Positions 52,945-53,407 of a DNA stretch of 53,407 bases are shown here, piece by piece (position 1 is the first letter of the stretch; each line of letters begins with the position of its first letter). A program made the translations under genes and the position numbers. The DNA is from Nitrososphaerota archaeon (GTDB lineage: Archaea > Thermoproteota > Nitrososphaeria_A > Caldarchaeales > Wolframiiraptoraceae), in the NCBI GenBank assembly GCA_021159365.1, contig JAGGRY010000011.1, positions 1 to 53,407 on the forward strand, written 5' to 3'. The notes below the pieces were generated by a model. That model worked only from the letters and a program-made list of their open reading frames with translations, made no database searches and was not told the origin of the DNA.

Positions 52945-53391
52945 ATGTTGCTCTACTTAGATACAAGCGCGATCGTAAAGCGATATGTGAAAGAGTCCGG
53001 AAGTGATTTAATCAGCGAAATATATGAGAAGGCGCTCAACGGTGACGCACTGCTATCGTTCTCCGCGTGGAATATCGGTGAAGTACTTGGAGTGCTTGAT
53101 AAGTATCGTAGGAGGGGTTGGCTAAGCGATGACAATTATCTAAAGGCTAGGCTTCAATTCTTGGGCGAGACCCTCCGGTTCCTGAGGCTGAAACTTCTGA
53201 AAATAATTCCCACCAAGACAAGTATACTGATACAAACATGGAGCCTAATAGAAAGATATCACATATATGAAGCGGATGCGCTGCAGATACTCTCCGCTAA
53301 ACGGATAGGTGCTGAGAAACTATACACGGGAGACGAGGTTCTCCATAAGGTGGCGCTGGAAGAAGGTATGGAGAGCGAATATGTGGGCTAA
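52945..53391 (+). CDS. vapC: PIN-domain ribonuclease toxin VapC
   Basis: LLYLDTSAIVKRY, IGEVLGVL, IYEADALQILSA and LYTGDEVL are PIN acidic motifs. Confidence 0.8.
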   Translation: MLLYLDTSAIVKRYVKESGSDLISEIYEKALNGDALLSFSAWNIGEVLGVLDKYRRRGWLSDDNYLKARLQFLGETLRFLRLKLLKIIPTKTSILIQTWSLIERYHIYEADALQILSAKRIGAEKLYTGDEVLHKVALEEGMESEYVG

Positions 53392-53407
53392 TCTAATGCT
53401 ATCTGAA

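Noticed and set aside
1-53407. Scan for CRISPR arrays, rRNA, tRNA, transposases/integrases and long repeats
   Set aside because: I saw no regularly spaced direct repeats, no tRNA T-loop/acceptor patterns in intergenic regions, no rRNA-like stretches, and no transposase- or integrase-like ORFs. The search was by eye, so short or degenerate elements could have been missed.

Overview
This is an archaeal chromosomal segment. The evidence is archaeal ribosomal proteins (eL18, uL3/uL4/uL23/uL2/uS19, uS2, uS9, uL13), RNA polymerase subunits Rpo3(D) and Rpo10(N), primase PriL, archaeal-type mevalonate pathway genes, and TATA-like boxes about 25-30 nt upstream of several start codons. A stand-alone LigD-type 3'-phosphoesterase and the general gene content recall Korarchaeota/TACK thermophiles, but I cannot verify the taxon. 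All family calls come from motifs read by eye; no searches were run and no GC content was computed.

Left to right:
- 2-oxoacid dehydrogenase E1alpha/E1beta/E2 operon plus a Zn-dehydrogenase
- a second Zn-dehydrogenase, a class II aldolase and a cupin
- an ESCRT-III/Snf7-like protein
- a MobA-like protein plus an AIR-synthase-like protein
- guaB-purA-purB
- mevalonate kinase
- a bacterial-style Gat-family PTS: wHTH regulator, an Enzyme I reduced to its N-terminal half, HPr, EIIC, EIIB and EIIA
- a GNAT plus an unknown protein
- isopentenyl phosphate kinase
- the uS2-enolase-Rpo10 / uS9-uL13 / eL18-Rpo3 cluster, interrupted by an AsnRS-like asparagine synthetase and an acetate-transporter-family gene
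- a macro domain protein and a PAC2-like protein
- a good C/D box sRNA candidate
- phosphomevalonate dehydratase (AcnX large and small subunits) plus a UbiD-type decarboxylase
- a ClC channel, LigD-PE, SufC/SufBD and a PEBP
- a tight minus-strand array: nuclease-like ORF, Cys-less AsnB-like protein, HD hydrolase, PriL and a C2H2 zinc finger
- a frameshifted PIN pseudogene
- a strikingly fragmented L3 / L4-L23 / L2 / S19 ribosomal locus, interleaved with a nucleoside phosphorylase, an MFS transporter, MNT-HEPN and a PFK-A phosphofructokinase
- an RHH plus retropepsin-like pair, a HAD hydrolase and a dehydrogenase
- two head-to-head VapBC pairs

I recognised no rRNA, tRNA, CRISPR array or transposase.
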